A stretch of 64,000 nucleotides of DNA from Desulfobacterales bacterium (lineage in GTDB: Bacteria > Desulfobacterota > Desulfobacteria > Desulfobacterales > UBA5852). Location of the stretch: assembly GCA_963674755.2 (NCBI GenBank), contig CAXXVS010000001.1, positions 416,001 to 480,000 on the forward strand, in the 5' to 3' direction. The position numbers and the translations under genes were made by a program. The number at the start of each line of letters is the position of its first letter. The stretch's first letter is position 1. Of the stretch, positions 1 to 7,670 are shown one piece after another. A model generated the notes under the pieces. The model was not told where the DNA came from, searched no databases, and was given only the letters and a program-made list of their open reading frames with translations.

Positions 1-21
1 GTGCTGGTTTTCTTCGCCATG
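1..21 (-). CDS. 5' end of a gene running off the left edge (MAKKTS...)
   Basis: Minus strand reads GAGGAGAAGAAACC-ATGGCGAAGAAAACCAGC: strong RBS plus ATG; product unknown. Confidence 0.55.
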
Positions 22-595
22 GTTTCTTCTCCTCGTTACGGTTAGGGGTTGTTGCCATTTGTGAATAGAAGAATAACGAGCTGTCAAAAAATGTCGAGGA
101 GAATTTTCCTTTTTGGGAAGAATTTCTTCCGGCGGCGGGAAGTAATAGCCAATCCTTCCATAAAGGGGCTATCGCCAAAGAGGCATGTTCGGGCGAGCGG
201 CGGCCTGTCGCGGCCGACATTGCGTTTCAAGCCAGGAGGCATGCAAGGGGTAGCGCCGCTGGGCGATAGCCCCGTGTCGGGCCTGTCGTTAAGCCGATCT
301 GGCCGAAGAGGGCGGTCGGATGGCAGAAAAATACGAGACCGGCTCGGAAGGCATGAATCTGGCCGGCCCCATGCGTTTTGCCTGAATTTTTCAGCTATCC
401 AGGCGAAACAGCATGATTCGCTCAAAAGATACTAAAGGACATCATTATGGGTAGCTGAGGATAATTGGTTGGCGTTTTAATTAATCGCTTTCCGTGTCTC
501 TTTATTTCGTATATGGCTGTTCATTAGCTGGAATATCTAAGCGGTAGGTCAACATCAACTGCGGTATGGGCGCATAGCCTGAAAGGGGACAGGAA

Positions 596-853
596 ATGAT
601 GAAAGAAATAATCCGCCAGTACGACGTTGAAGATGGTCAGGGAGATAGATTACAGGTGATTGAATACAAATTAGAAGTTACCCTAAAAGAAGGCATCAGC
701 ACGGCGAACTTTGTTAGTATGAAACGCAATTCGACATTTAAAGACCCTGAATCCAAGTACGCTTTAAGCAATGGTGAACGCGTCATTATGATTGACGATA
801 ATACCTTTCAAACGCAAGATGAACCTGTCCGTCGTTTTTACATTAGGCGGTAA
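596..853 (+). CDS. Hypothetical protein (85 aa)
   Basis: GGGGACAGGA RBS-like sequence, low-GC ORF with protein-like composition. Confidence 0.6.
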   Translation: MMKEIIRQYDVEDGQGDRLQVIEYKLEVTLKEGISTANFVSMKRNSTFKDPESKYALSNGERVIMIDDNTFQTQDEPVRRFYIRR

Positions 854-1149
854 CCTCGCGGTTCGGTTGCGCGGCGGCAATAGGTAGAGTGGCTGCGCCT
901 TGATCAGTTTTAATCCAATTTGCGAAATTTCTTTGTTTTTTCAGCGAGGGCTTGGGAACTTTTTGTTACTTTGCCAAAAGTCAACCTTATTCCATGCTTT
1001 GTCCTGGCAATTTTAGTGACTTTTCGGGATGCGTGCTCCGGTAGCTTATTTACGTTGTCTGTGTAATATGATTTCCCGATTTTTTTTAAAATCCCATCCT
1101 TGATTAATTGGTCAAAATCAATTGGCTTTGCCTCATAGTATGCATTATT

Positions 1150-3039
1150 GATGGCCGCGTAAAAAATCAGGCGGCCAATTTGTAGCTTTCTGGATATCTT
1201 CCCGACGAATTTGTCCAAGCGAAGGCAAATTCCACCAGAGCGGCCTGTAAACGTTCTTTGACACGATAAACAGCAGTCGTAATACGGTGATCAAGGCCCG
1301 GATTACCCTCTGCGGCCTTCATTCTGGCCCTGCGAACCCGGGCCGCCCGTAGCAGATTGAGCCCGGTGGCCTTCATTTTGGCACAGAAGCGCACCGCCGG
1401 CATGCCCCGAACCCGTAGCTTTTTGACCCCGGTGCGCCGATCATATTCGCTCATGGTGGCCTCCACACCGGCCCGCCAGCGATAGGTGTCAATGAAAGCC
1501 TCGCTTTTCTCGGCCTTGCGACGCACCGATAGGCGATATTGCTTTCCGCTGTAGCGCAGATAGTTCTTCTTTTTCCCAGGCTTGACCGGGCAATGACCCG
1601 CATGCGGACATCCCTGGCAAAGCGTGGAATCGAAGGCCGCGCTGTAACAATCGGTTTTCTTCTTGTGCTTCACCTGCTCGGGAACGTGACCCGCCGGACA
1701 GGTCTCGACATAGCCCTTGTCATTAAAGCTAAACGCCGTGAGCGGCTTGGACTCATTGCCCTTCTGGGTCGGGGCGACAAGGTCGACATCGGCCACTTGG
1801 GCCGTCTGGTGGTTACTGTCACTGCCGTACAAAGTGTCGGCGACCAACTGATCGGGCCCCACACCCCGGATCTTGGTATCGGCGATGGCCGGCACCACGG
1901 CCTCCGCATCGCTCTCGCAGGCGGGTTGAACTTCGACATGGGTAATCAGGTTAAGCGCCTGCTCTTTTTCATTGGCCTCTTCACTGCGGCTGAAGCTCTC
2001 CATGATCTGGACCTGATAGCCCTGGCCCTTGTGGCCGCTGTAGGTGGCCTCCGGGTCCGAAGGGTTTTGCAATGAGTCGGAGGGGATCTCGGCCGGCTTC
2101 TTTATCGTTACTTGGGGGGCACCGGCGGCATCGGTCTCGACATGGCATTGATCGGCGAGCACCCGCTGCATGAGCTTGTAGCTGTGCATGAAAGCCACCG
2201 CCGTTTGGTCCTTGAAGCCCTCGATCAGATCGAACAGATCATTGCTGACCCGTTTTAACGTCTTTTCCGATTCCGTGGGTTTAACCAGAGAAAAGGCGGA
2301 TAGGGCCTTCTCACCCCAGTAACGATCAATCACATCAGAAGCGATCGTATCGAACAGCTCTCGGTGGTGGCGTTTGAGATTGACCAGGAACTTGGCGATC
2401 GTGCGGCTGAAAATGGCAATACGGCCCAGCCGGCGCATGTTGGAGCGGATGTGTACCGAGTCGATGCGCTGGTTGGAAGGATCTACACCGAACACTTTGG
2501 CCAATTTGTCGGTGAGCTTTTCGAACATGACCCCGTCAATGCCATTTTCGGCCATCAGCTGGCGGGTCGACCACAGGGTCTTTTCGCTGACGTATTTGGC
2601 CTCGTCGCTTTCTTCAGTGATGTCCAGAGCATAATGCCACTGGAGGTTGTAGGCCAGCTGCTCGACGGCCTCGACATCGTTTAAATCCATGGTTTGCTGG
2701 AAAAGCATCACTCCCAGCAGGGTATGCAGTTCCTTGGTGGGCCGCCCTATGGCTTCAGTGAAGAAGGGTTTTAACAGATCGACGGGAAGTTCTCCGAGCA
2801 GATGCTGGCGGAACAACCCGGGCCAGCCCTCTTCGAGCATCCGGCGCCGTTTGGGGCTCAAATAGGCCCACGGGTCGAAGAGATGTTGCTGTTTGTGGTC
2901 TTTGATGCGAAGCATGCGATCTCCAGGATAACCATCTGTAATTGTTTGGTTTCCTGTAGCATGACGAGAAGAAAATGGCAAGCTGAAATTGGGCGTTTTG
3001 TTAAATAATTCAGGCGGATAGACTTTTTACGATGCCATC
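1150..3039 (-). mobile_element. Insertion sequence, IS1182-like (1890 bp)
   Basis: Terminal IRs GATGGCCGCGTAAAAAATC / GATGGCATCGTAAAAAGTC (16/19 match); ATTATT direct repeats at 1144-1149 and 3040-3045. Confidence 0.9.
1167..2915 (-). CDS. DDE transposase (DUF772-like N-terminus, IS1182-like)
   Basis: GRP, RIDS, SDPEAT, ADTLY, CPAG..CxxCP and YRWRAGVEAT motifs; GGAG RBS before ATG 2915. Confidence 0.9.
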   Translation of the reverse strand: MLRIKDHKQQHLFDPWAYLSPKRRRMLEEGWPGLFRQHLLGELPVDLLKPFFTEAIGRPTKELHTLLGVMLFQQTMDLNDVEAVEQLAYNLQWHYALDITEESDEAKYVSEKTLWSTRQLMAENGIDGVMFEKLTDKLAKVFGVDPSNQRIDSVHIRSNMRRLGRIAIFSRTIAKFLVNLKRHHRELFDTIASDVIDRYWGEKALSAFSLVKPTESEKTLKRVSNDLFDLIEGFKDQTAVAFMHSYKLMQRVLADQCHVETDAAGAPQVTIKKPAEIPSDSLQNPSDPEATYSGHKGQGYQVQIMESFSRSEEANEKEQALNLITHVEVQPACESDAEAVVPAIADTKIRGVGPDQLVADTLYGSDSNHQTAQVADVDLVAPTQKGNESKPLTAFSFNDKGYVETCPAGHVPEQVKHKKKTDCYSAAFDSTLCQGCPHAGHCPVKPGKKKNYLRYSGKQYRLSVRRKAEKSEAFIDTYRWRAGVEATMSEYDRRTGVKKLRVRGMPAVRFCAKMKATGLNLLRAARVRRARMKAAEGNPGLDHRITTAVYRVKERLQAALVEFAFAWTNSSGRYPESYKLAA

Positions 3040-3262
3040 ATTATTAGCTATCGTTGTTATCATTTCTTCCTTGGTCCATTTTTTTGTGTCCTTATCATTC
3101 ATTTTTTCCCTCCACGTTTTAAGGAAGTTCCAGTTTAGCCATTATCTACGATACTGCGTTTGAATACAAATATTAATTTGGAAGCTTTTCTCAGGGTGAT
3201 GTTATTCTTTTCGTATGGCGAGGCGGCGGCGTGCCGCAATCGGCCAGGTATCTAAAGGCCAG

Positions 3263-3370
3263 TCAGCCAGGGGCTGCAACCCAATCAAGCTCAAGGGCGT
3301 TTGCTTGATTCCAATTCTGCCGGTAGGGAGTCCACTGGGGTTCGGTATTAGGGGCGTGGTTGGTTTTCAC
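3263..3370 (-). CDS. Small hypothetical peptide (35 aa, MKTNHAPNTEPQWTPYRQNW...)
   Basis: GGGGGAGG RBS before GTG; co-oriented with neighbouring element genes. Confidence 0.35.
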   Translation of the reverse strand: MKTNHAPNTEPQWTPYRQNWNQANALELDWVAAPG

Positions 3371-3594
3371 TTTCCTCCCCCCTTTTTCCTAAGAAAAATT
3401 ATTGTCAGGAAGGAGGGTTTTTAAGCGGTGCGGGCCGTTAGGTCCGCCGCGCAAAACCCTATTACAAACCCCGAAGGTCCTTCTTGTCTTGGGCCAAGGG
3501 GTTTAGGCACAAGGTAACAAGAAGGCCGAAGGGCGTTTGTGGCGAAGGGTAACTGGTCCATATAGTGGGCCTGGCTATCCGTAGCCTATTAGCT

Positions 3595-3745
3595 CTATTT
3601 TAAATAAAAAAAATATATAATAAATACAGTTAGATGTAAGATATAAAAATGAATTAGCGTATATTTTGCGTTTTATAAGTACCTGATATTACTAACACTA
3701 AAATATACGCAACCGTTTTTTGAAAATATACGCGTATATTTTGAA
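3595..3745. other. Putative replication origin (AT-rich tract plus iterons)
   Basis: AAAATATACGC at 3657-3667(rc), 3700-3710 and twice as the 20-bp palindrome 3723-3742; very AT-rich 3595-3656; directly after the Rep candidate stop. Confidence 0.6.
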
Positions 3746-3756
3746 AACCTACCTCA

Positions 3757-4677
3757 TCACCGTAACTTCAGTCCTGCCAGCACTTCCACCCACTCCTTGT
3801 TATTTTTAACGTAAGGCTGGCGGTTGGAACCCCCTGCGCCGATGTTCCAAATCCCGATTGAAAGGTAGACGTCGTGGTAAGAGCCAAACCGGTGAAGGAC
3901 GCCCTTGTCGCTGAGTTCTCTCAGATAGTTTTTTGCAGTGACTTCCGCCAAGCCGACCGAGCGCGATATTTGGCGAGCAATGCCGTTGAAGCCGCCATCT
4001 AAGATCGCGTGTACTTCCCCTGCTGGTACATTACCCGCAGCTTGGCAAAGCTCCTCACATTTTTTCAGGTAGGATGTTTTTTGCCAAAAAAAGTTCATTA
4101 TATCGTCAAAGTGGATGTAACGTTCGCGCATCTCCGCTACTGGGTTTTGCCCGGTTGGGTTAGAATCTCTATCCCTCTTTTCCATCCATTTCATCGGAAA
4201 TTTTGATGGTTTGGCGTTTTTGATGGCTTGCTTTATCCACTGGCGCTTTTCAGCGTTTTCAAGCCATTTTTGAATGCCCTTCACCACAAAGTCCCTAATA
4301 ACGTGATCCCGGGTTTTGGGGTGAATGGGCATCTTGGGATTGGCGTATTCATCCAGGTATTCGATAAGCCAAACATCAAGTGTGTTGTGGAGTTCCAGAA
4401 TCAGCGGTTTGGGCAAGCCGTGGGGCCTTAGCGGGCGTTCATTAGCGCTTGATTGCGGAGTAATGGGTTGCTCAATATCATCAGCAATTTTTTCCGATGA
4501 CTGCTGCGGCTGCGCGGTAACGGACGGGAGAACGTGTTGTTCGGTGATTGGCTCATCGGTGGTGCTTGGGGGCAGGGTTTCCTTTGACAATAGCTCGGGG
4601 TTTGCTTCGAAAAAAGCTTTGGCCCTGTTTTGCGTCGCTGCCGGTCTTCCACGGCGGGGTGCGTAATCGCTATACAT
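3757..4677 (-). CDS. Putative replication initiator / winged-helix DNA-binding protein (306 aa)
   Basis: C-terminal wHTH-like IARQISRSVGLAEVTAKNYLRELSDKGVL; adjacent iterons. Confidence 0.55.
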   Translation of the reverse strand: MYSDYAPRRGRPAATQNRAKAFFEANPELLSKETLPPSTTDEPITEQHVLPSVTAQPQQSSEKIADDIEQPITPQSSANERPLRPHGLPKPLILELHNTLDVWLIEYLDEYANPKMPIHPKTRDHVIRDFVVKGIQKWLENAEKRQWIKQAIKNAKPSKFPMKWMEKRDRDSNPTGQNPVAEMRERYIHFDDIMNFFWQKTSYLKKCEELCQAAGNVPAGEVHAILDGGFNGIARQISRSVGLAEVTAKNYLRELSDKGVLHRFGSYHDVYLSIGIWNIGAGGSNRQPYVKNNKEWVEVLAGLKLR

Positions 4678-4711
4678 GGTCGTTCCCTCAACGATCTCCC
4701 TATGGTGGATG

Positions 4712-4764
4712 CCGGGGGAAGGGCGGTAGGGAGCCGCCTTTTCGGGAGCTACCCTATCCCCCGG
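4712..4764 (-). ncRNA. C4/CI-like antisense RNA candidate
   Basis: CCGGGGGA/TCCCCCGG closing stem enclosing two hairpins; loop CUCCCUA is complementary to TAGGGAG at 4696-4702 and 5021-5027. Confidence 0.5.
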
Positions 4765-4815
4765 ATAATCAGGTTCCTAAACCATTATTACAAAAAGCAA
4801 GTATCCTTTAAAAAA

Positions 4816-5013
4816 TCACCACTGCATCAGTTCGCGCGGCAGACTGCCTTCGTTTCGTTGGGCATTAGTGACGGCCTGTAATGCCGCGCGGATTTGTTCC
4901 CGCCGGGCGACGGTTTCAGCGGCCTGCAACAGCATCGTCAAGCTATTACGGGCCTTTTCAAGATTATCAACGGGGCCAATAAGGACCTCAGCTTCTTTCG
5001 GCAATTTCACCAT
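4816..5013 (-). CDS. Small hypothetical protein (65 aa)
   Basis: AGGGAG RBS 7 nt before ATG 5013; helical composition. Confidence 0.6.
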   Translation of the reverse strand: MVKLPKEAEVLIGPVDNLEKARNSLTMLLQAAETVARREQIRAALQAVTNAQRNEGSLPRELMQW

Positions 5014-5260
5014 GGTCAATCTCCCTATATTCTGGCCGTAATCTTTTAAGTTTGGTCTGGTTAAGCATCAGAAACCGGCTGTTTTCGGGGCAAAAAGGAA
5101 GCTCAAACTAAAAAGGAAATTTTTTGGGAAGGGCGGCCTGAGAGAATGCAATAGCCCAGGCCGCCCAGGTTGCCCCACGGCGATGGCAGGTCGCCGGGGG
5201 CGGGGCGTATGGTTTACGGGCGGCGCTGGTGATGCCGCCCGTAGGAGGACCGCCCCTGCC

Positions 5261-6247
5261 TTACGATTGGTCTAAAATTTTGGTCAAGCGATCAGCCAAG
5301 ACGGCTTTTTCATCTTTGAAACCCAAGCGGGCCAGGTGGGCGCGGCGGTTATGGGCAACTGTTTCGGCCAGCGCCGCGCGTTCACCAGCCGAATTTTTCA
5401 TCAAGTTTTGGATGCGTCGGCGCTCGGCCAGCGGATCCATGCACTTCCGGCTCCCGGTGCGCGCAAAAACCCGCTGGACCTGGGCTGCGGCTTCGCCAGA
5501 ATTTTCAAACCGGCGGGACTCGGTGCCGCTCGTCGGGGCAAAGCCCAGCCGTTCTAGCGGGCTGCGCTGCCGGGTATTAACCAGCCGGACGCTGGCGGGA
5601 CCTTTAGCGTTCTTGCGGGCGGCGGCAAGCTTGGCTTCAATGGCAGCCAGAGCCTTCCGGCGGCCGTTTTCAAAATGTTGTGACTGTGACATTTCTATAG
5701 CTCCTTTCGTGTTCAAAATTCTTACATCCCTTCCCGCACGGCCACGGCCTTCAGCGATCAGGGCAATGTGGTTAAACCTAAGCTGCGTTTGCAGAGCGTC
5801 ATAAACGGCGTTATTGAAAACGCCCGACTCAAAGATGGTTTCAGCCAAATAGGCCGCGCTGATTTCCGGCAATTCATCGGCTTCAATCGCTCGGATGGTT
5901 TCGGGGTCGGTGACCAGCAAATCACAGGTTAGGTAATCTCCGTCCAGCTTAGGGGTGCCGGCTACGCTGCCCACCGCATGAGCCTTAACCAGCTCCGGCG
6001 TCAACCAGGTGTGGTCGCCCGCTACGATGGGGATGCCCTCAAGGCTGCGCAGGGCCGCCGGGGATGCCATTTCATTACGAGTGACCAGCATGTTGAAGAG
6101 GCCCTGGCCGGGGGGCGGGTCATCCAATTCGAAGCGGTCATAGGGCATGATCCGTTCCGCGAGCACCCGCGCCCGGCAGCGTAGGAAACCGTCAGGGGTT
6201 TTCTCCCAGCGGGGGCGTTCCGCCTTGTTTGCATATGCGATTTTCAT
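5261..6247 (-). CDS. DUF2213 phage head maturation protease/scaffold-like protein
   Basis: TPDGFLRC..ARV, SLEGIPIVAGDH, AVGSV, EISAAY, NHIALIAEGRGRAG..VRI motifs typical of DUF2213. Confidence 0.85.
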   Translation of the reverse strand: MKIAYANKAERPRWEKTPDGFLRCRARVLAERIMPYDRFELDDPPPGQGLFNMLVTRNEMASPAALRSLEGIPIVAGDHTWLTPELVKAHAVGSVAGTPKLDGDYLTCDLLVTDPETIRAIEADELPEISAAYLAETIFESGVFNNAVYDALQTQLRFNHIALIAEGRGRAGRDVRILNTKGAIEMSQSQHFENGRRKALAAIEAKLAAARKNAKGPASVRLVNTRQRSPLERLGFAPTSGTESRRFENSGEAAAQVQRVFARTGSRKCMDPLAERRRIQNLMKNSAGERAALAETVAHNRRAHLARLGFKDEKAVLADRLTKILDQS

Positions 6248-6606
6248 AATGCTTCTTCCTCCTTGGTTTCTTTGGGCATTGGGTACCGCTGCCGCAGGTC
6301 TTCAAGATCCCGCATCGGAATGGGGTGCGCGGGCGGCTTAGGCGGATCATCGCTAAAGTCCGCCCGTAACCGTTCCAGCATCACCTTCGCGCGGTCATCC
6401 ATCAGCTTGGGCAGGGGTGGGGGCGGTGTCCAAAGGCCGCGCTCCATCGCCCAAATTTCACGCAAGAGGGCATCCCGCTGGGCGGTATCCGTCACTACAC
6501 CCAGCAGCATTTCAACGCGGGTGCGATTGACGGTTAGGATGGCGACGGCCGGGGTTTTGCCTTTGGCCTCCTGTTCAAGCCATTCAATTCTTCTTTTCAT
6601 ATTCAT
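6244..6606 (-). CDS. Hypothetical phage-like protein (120 aa)
   Basis: Begins MNMKRRIEWLE; overlaps both neighbours by 4 nt (translational coupling). Confidence 0.7.
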   Translation of the reverse strand: MNMKRRIEWLEQEAKGKTPAVAILTVNRTRVEMLLGVVTDTAQRDALLREIWAMERGLWTPPPPLPKLMDDRAKVMLERLRADFSDDPPKPPAHPIPMRDLEDLRQRYPMPKETKEEEAL

Positions 6607-6818
6607 CCCTTATCCTCCCTTTGCAGGAATTGATCTTCCAAAGCGGTGATACGATCTTCAAGATCCCCGCGCTCAATGATGCCTTTCAGGATGTTGGCCA
6701 GGTAAGCCAGTTTGGAAGCCATGGCAGGTTCTATGGGGCCATTGCCCGGGTCGGCGCGGTTGATAAGCCCGGCCACGTAGCGCCGAATATCCGCAATGCT
6801 TTTCAGGCGACGAGCCAT
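6603..6818 (-). CDS. Hypothetical phage-like protein (71 aa), possibly packaging-related
   Basis: AGGAGG RBS; C-terminal DLEDRITALE coiled coil. Confidence 0.7.
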   Translation of the reverse strand: MARRLKSIADIRRYVAGLINRADPGNGPIEPAMASKLAYLANILKGIIERGDLEDRITALEDQFLQREDKG

Positions 6819-6914
6819 TACCTCCTAACCCCCATAGGAAAGTCTATTGAAATTAGAGAGATAACGCTTTTGTGATACTGAAAAGCGGCCCATTTGAGTG
6901 CGAAAAAAGGGCAT

Positions 6915-7169
6915 TTAGCGGCCTTGCTCCGGCTGCGCCAGATATGCGCTGATCAATTCCTCAATCTTCGCAGAAGCCGTTATCTCATCTTCCAGGCAGC
7001 GTACCTTGAACCGCTTCCACAGGGCGGCATCCACCTGTATCCCAATGTTGGTTCGAACCTGCTGGGGATACCGTTGCTTGAAATCGGCAATTTTTTCTTC
7101 GATTTCCCGCAACGCCTTTTGGCGGCCTCGCTCGTGGGCATCAGAGTTTTCCATCGCTTCCTCCATCAT
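6915..7169 (-). CDS. Ribbon-helix-helix (ParG/CopG-like) DNA-binding protein
   Basis: NIGIQVDAALWKRFKVRCLEDEITASAKIEELISAYL beta-alpha-alpha pattern. Confidence 0.7.
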   Translation of the reverse strand: MMEEAMENSDAHERGRQKALREIEEKIADFKQRYPQQVRTNIGIQVDAALWKRFKVRCLEDEITASAKIEELISAYLAQPEQGR

Positions 7170-7501
7170 ATATATTGGGTTATTTATAGAATATAGAATA
7201 TAATATATAATGTTACAGCTAAAGTAAAGCTCTTGGATGATATTAATAACAATTTAGGGTATTTGGATTCTTCTCCGGCTGTGGGCCGCTGTGGTCGCCA
7301 TAGTAAGGCGTGGGTTTTAGGGGTAGGTAGGGTGGCTATGCGGAGGCGAGCAGCCTGTGGCGGGCTAATGGGACAGTCACATGGGGAATCAGGGGGAGAG
7401 GTGGGGGCCAGGGGCGGCCCCCTGTACCGTTCAGTTCGGTAGGTCCTTCAGATCTTGCAGCAGCCCGGTCAATTCGAAGGGCATAGGATGATTAATAGCG
7501 T

Positions 7502-7636
7502 TTACTTGGCCTTGACCAGTGCGAGGCCTTCACGGATGCCGCTTTCATCGATGCACTGCTGGACATCCGGTGTGATATTGATGAAGGCCCGCCGGGTGGG
7601 CACGTTGAACCACAATTCCTTGCGATAGCTTTTCAT
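7502..7636 (-). pseudogene. yjbQ: N-terminal 44 aa of YjbQ (UPF0047), truncated
   Basis: [22 protein letters not shown]...[10 protein letters not shown] then KAK* where homologs continue NAMHITAS. Confidence 0.85.
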
Positions 7637-7670
7637 TGCCAGCTCTCTTTGCCGATCGGCATTTAGGGCT

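Larger units (their letters stand above)
910..3102 (-). pseudogene. 98-aa basic hypothetical gene split by IS (3102-3040 joined to 1143-910)
   Basis: Removing the IS and one ATTATT copy restores MNDKDTKKWTKEEMITTIANN-AYYEAKPIDF...KFRKLD in frame; GGAGG RBS upstream of 3102. Confidence 0.85.
1..7510. mobile_element. Right part of an integrated phage-satellite/PICI-like element
   Basis: Mostly co-oriented small minus-strand genes, DUF2213 gene, RHH gene, wHTH Rep candidate with iterons, AT-rich patches; ends at truncated yjbQ. Confidence 0.7.

Noticed and set aside
49..435. Overlapping ORFs on both strands and a 12-bp inverted repeat (165-176/262-273)
   Set aside because: Translations look like GC-rich shadow ORFs; a single IR is not enough to call an RNA or oriT
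910..1218. 102-aa ORF as given in the track
   Set aside because: Its first ~23 codons are IS sequence; the true N-terminus lies at 3040-3102
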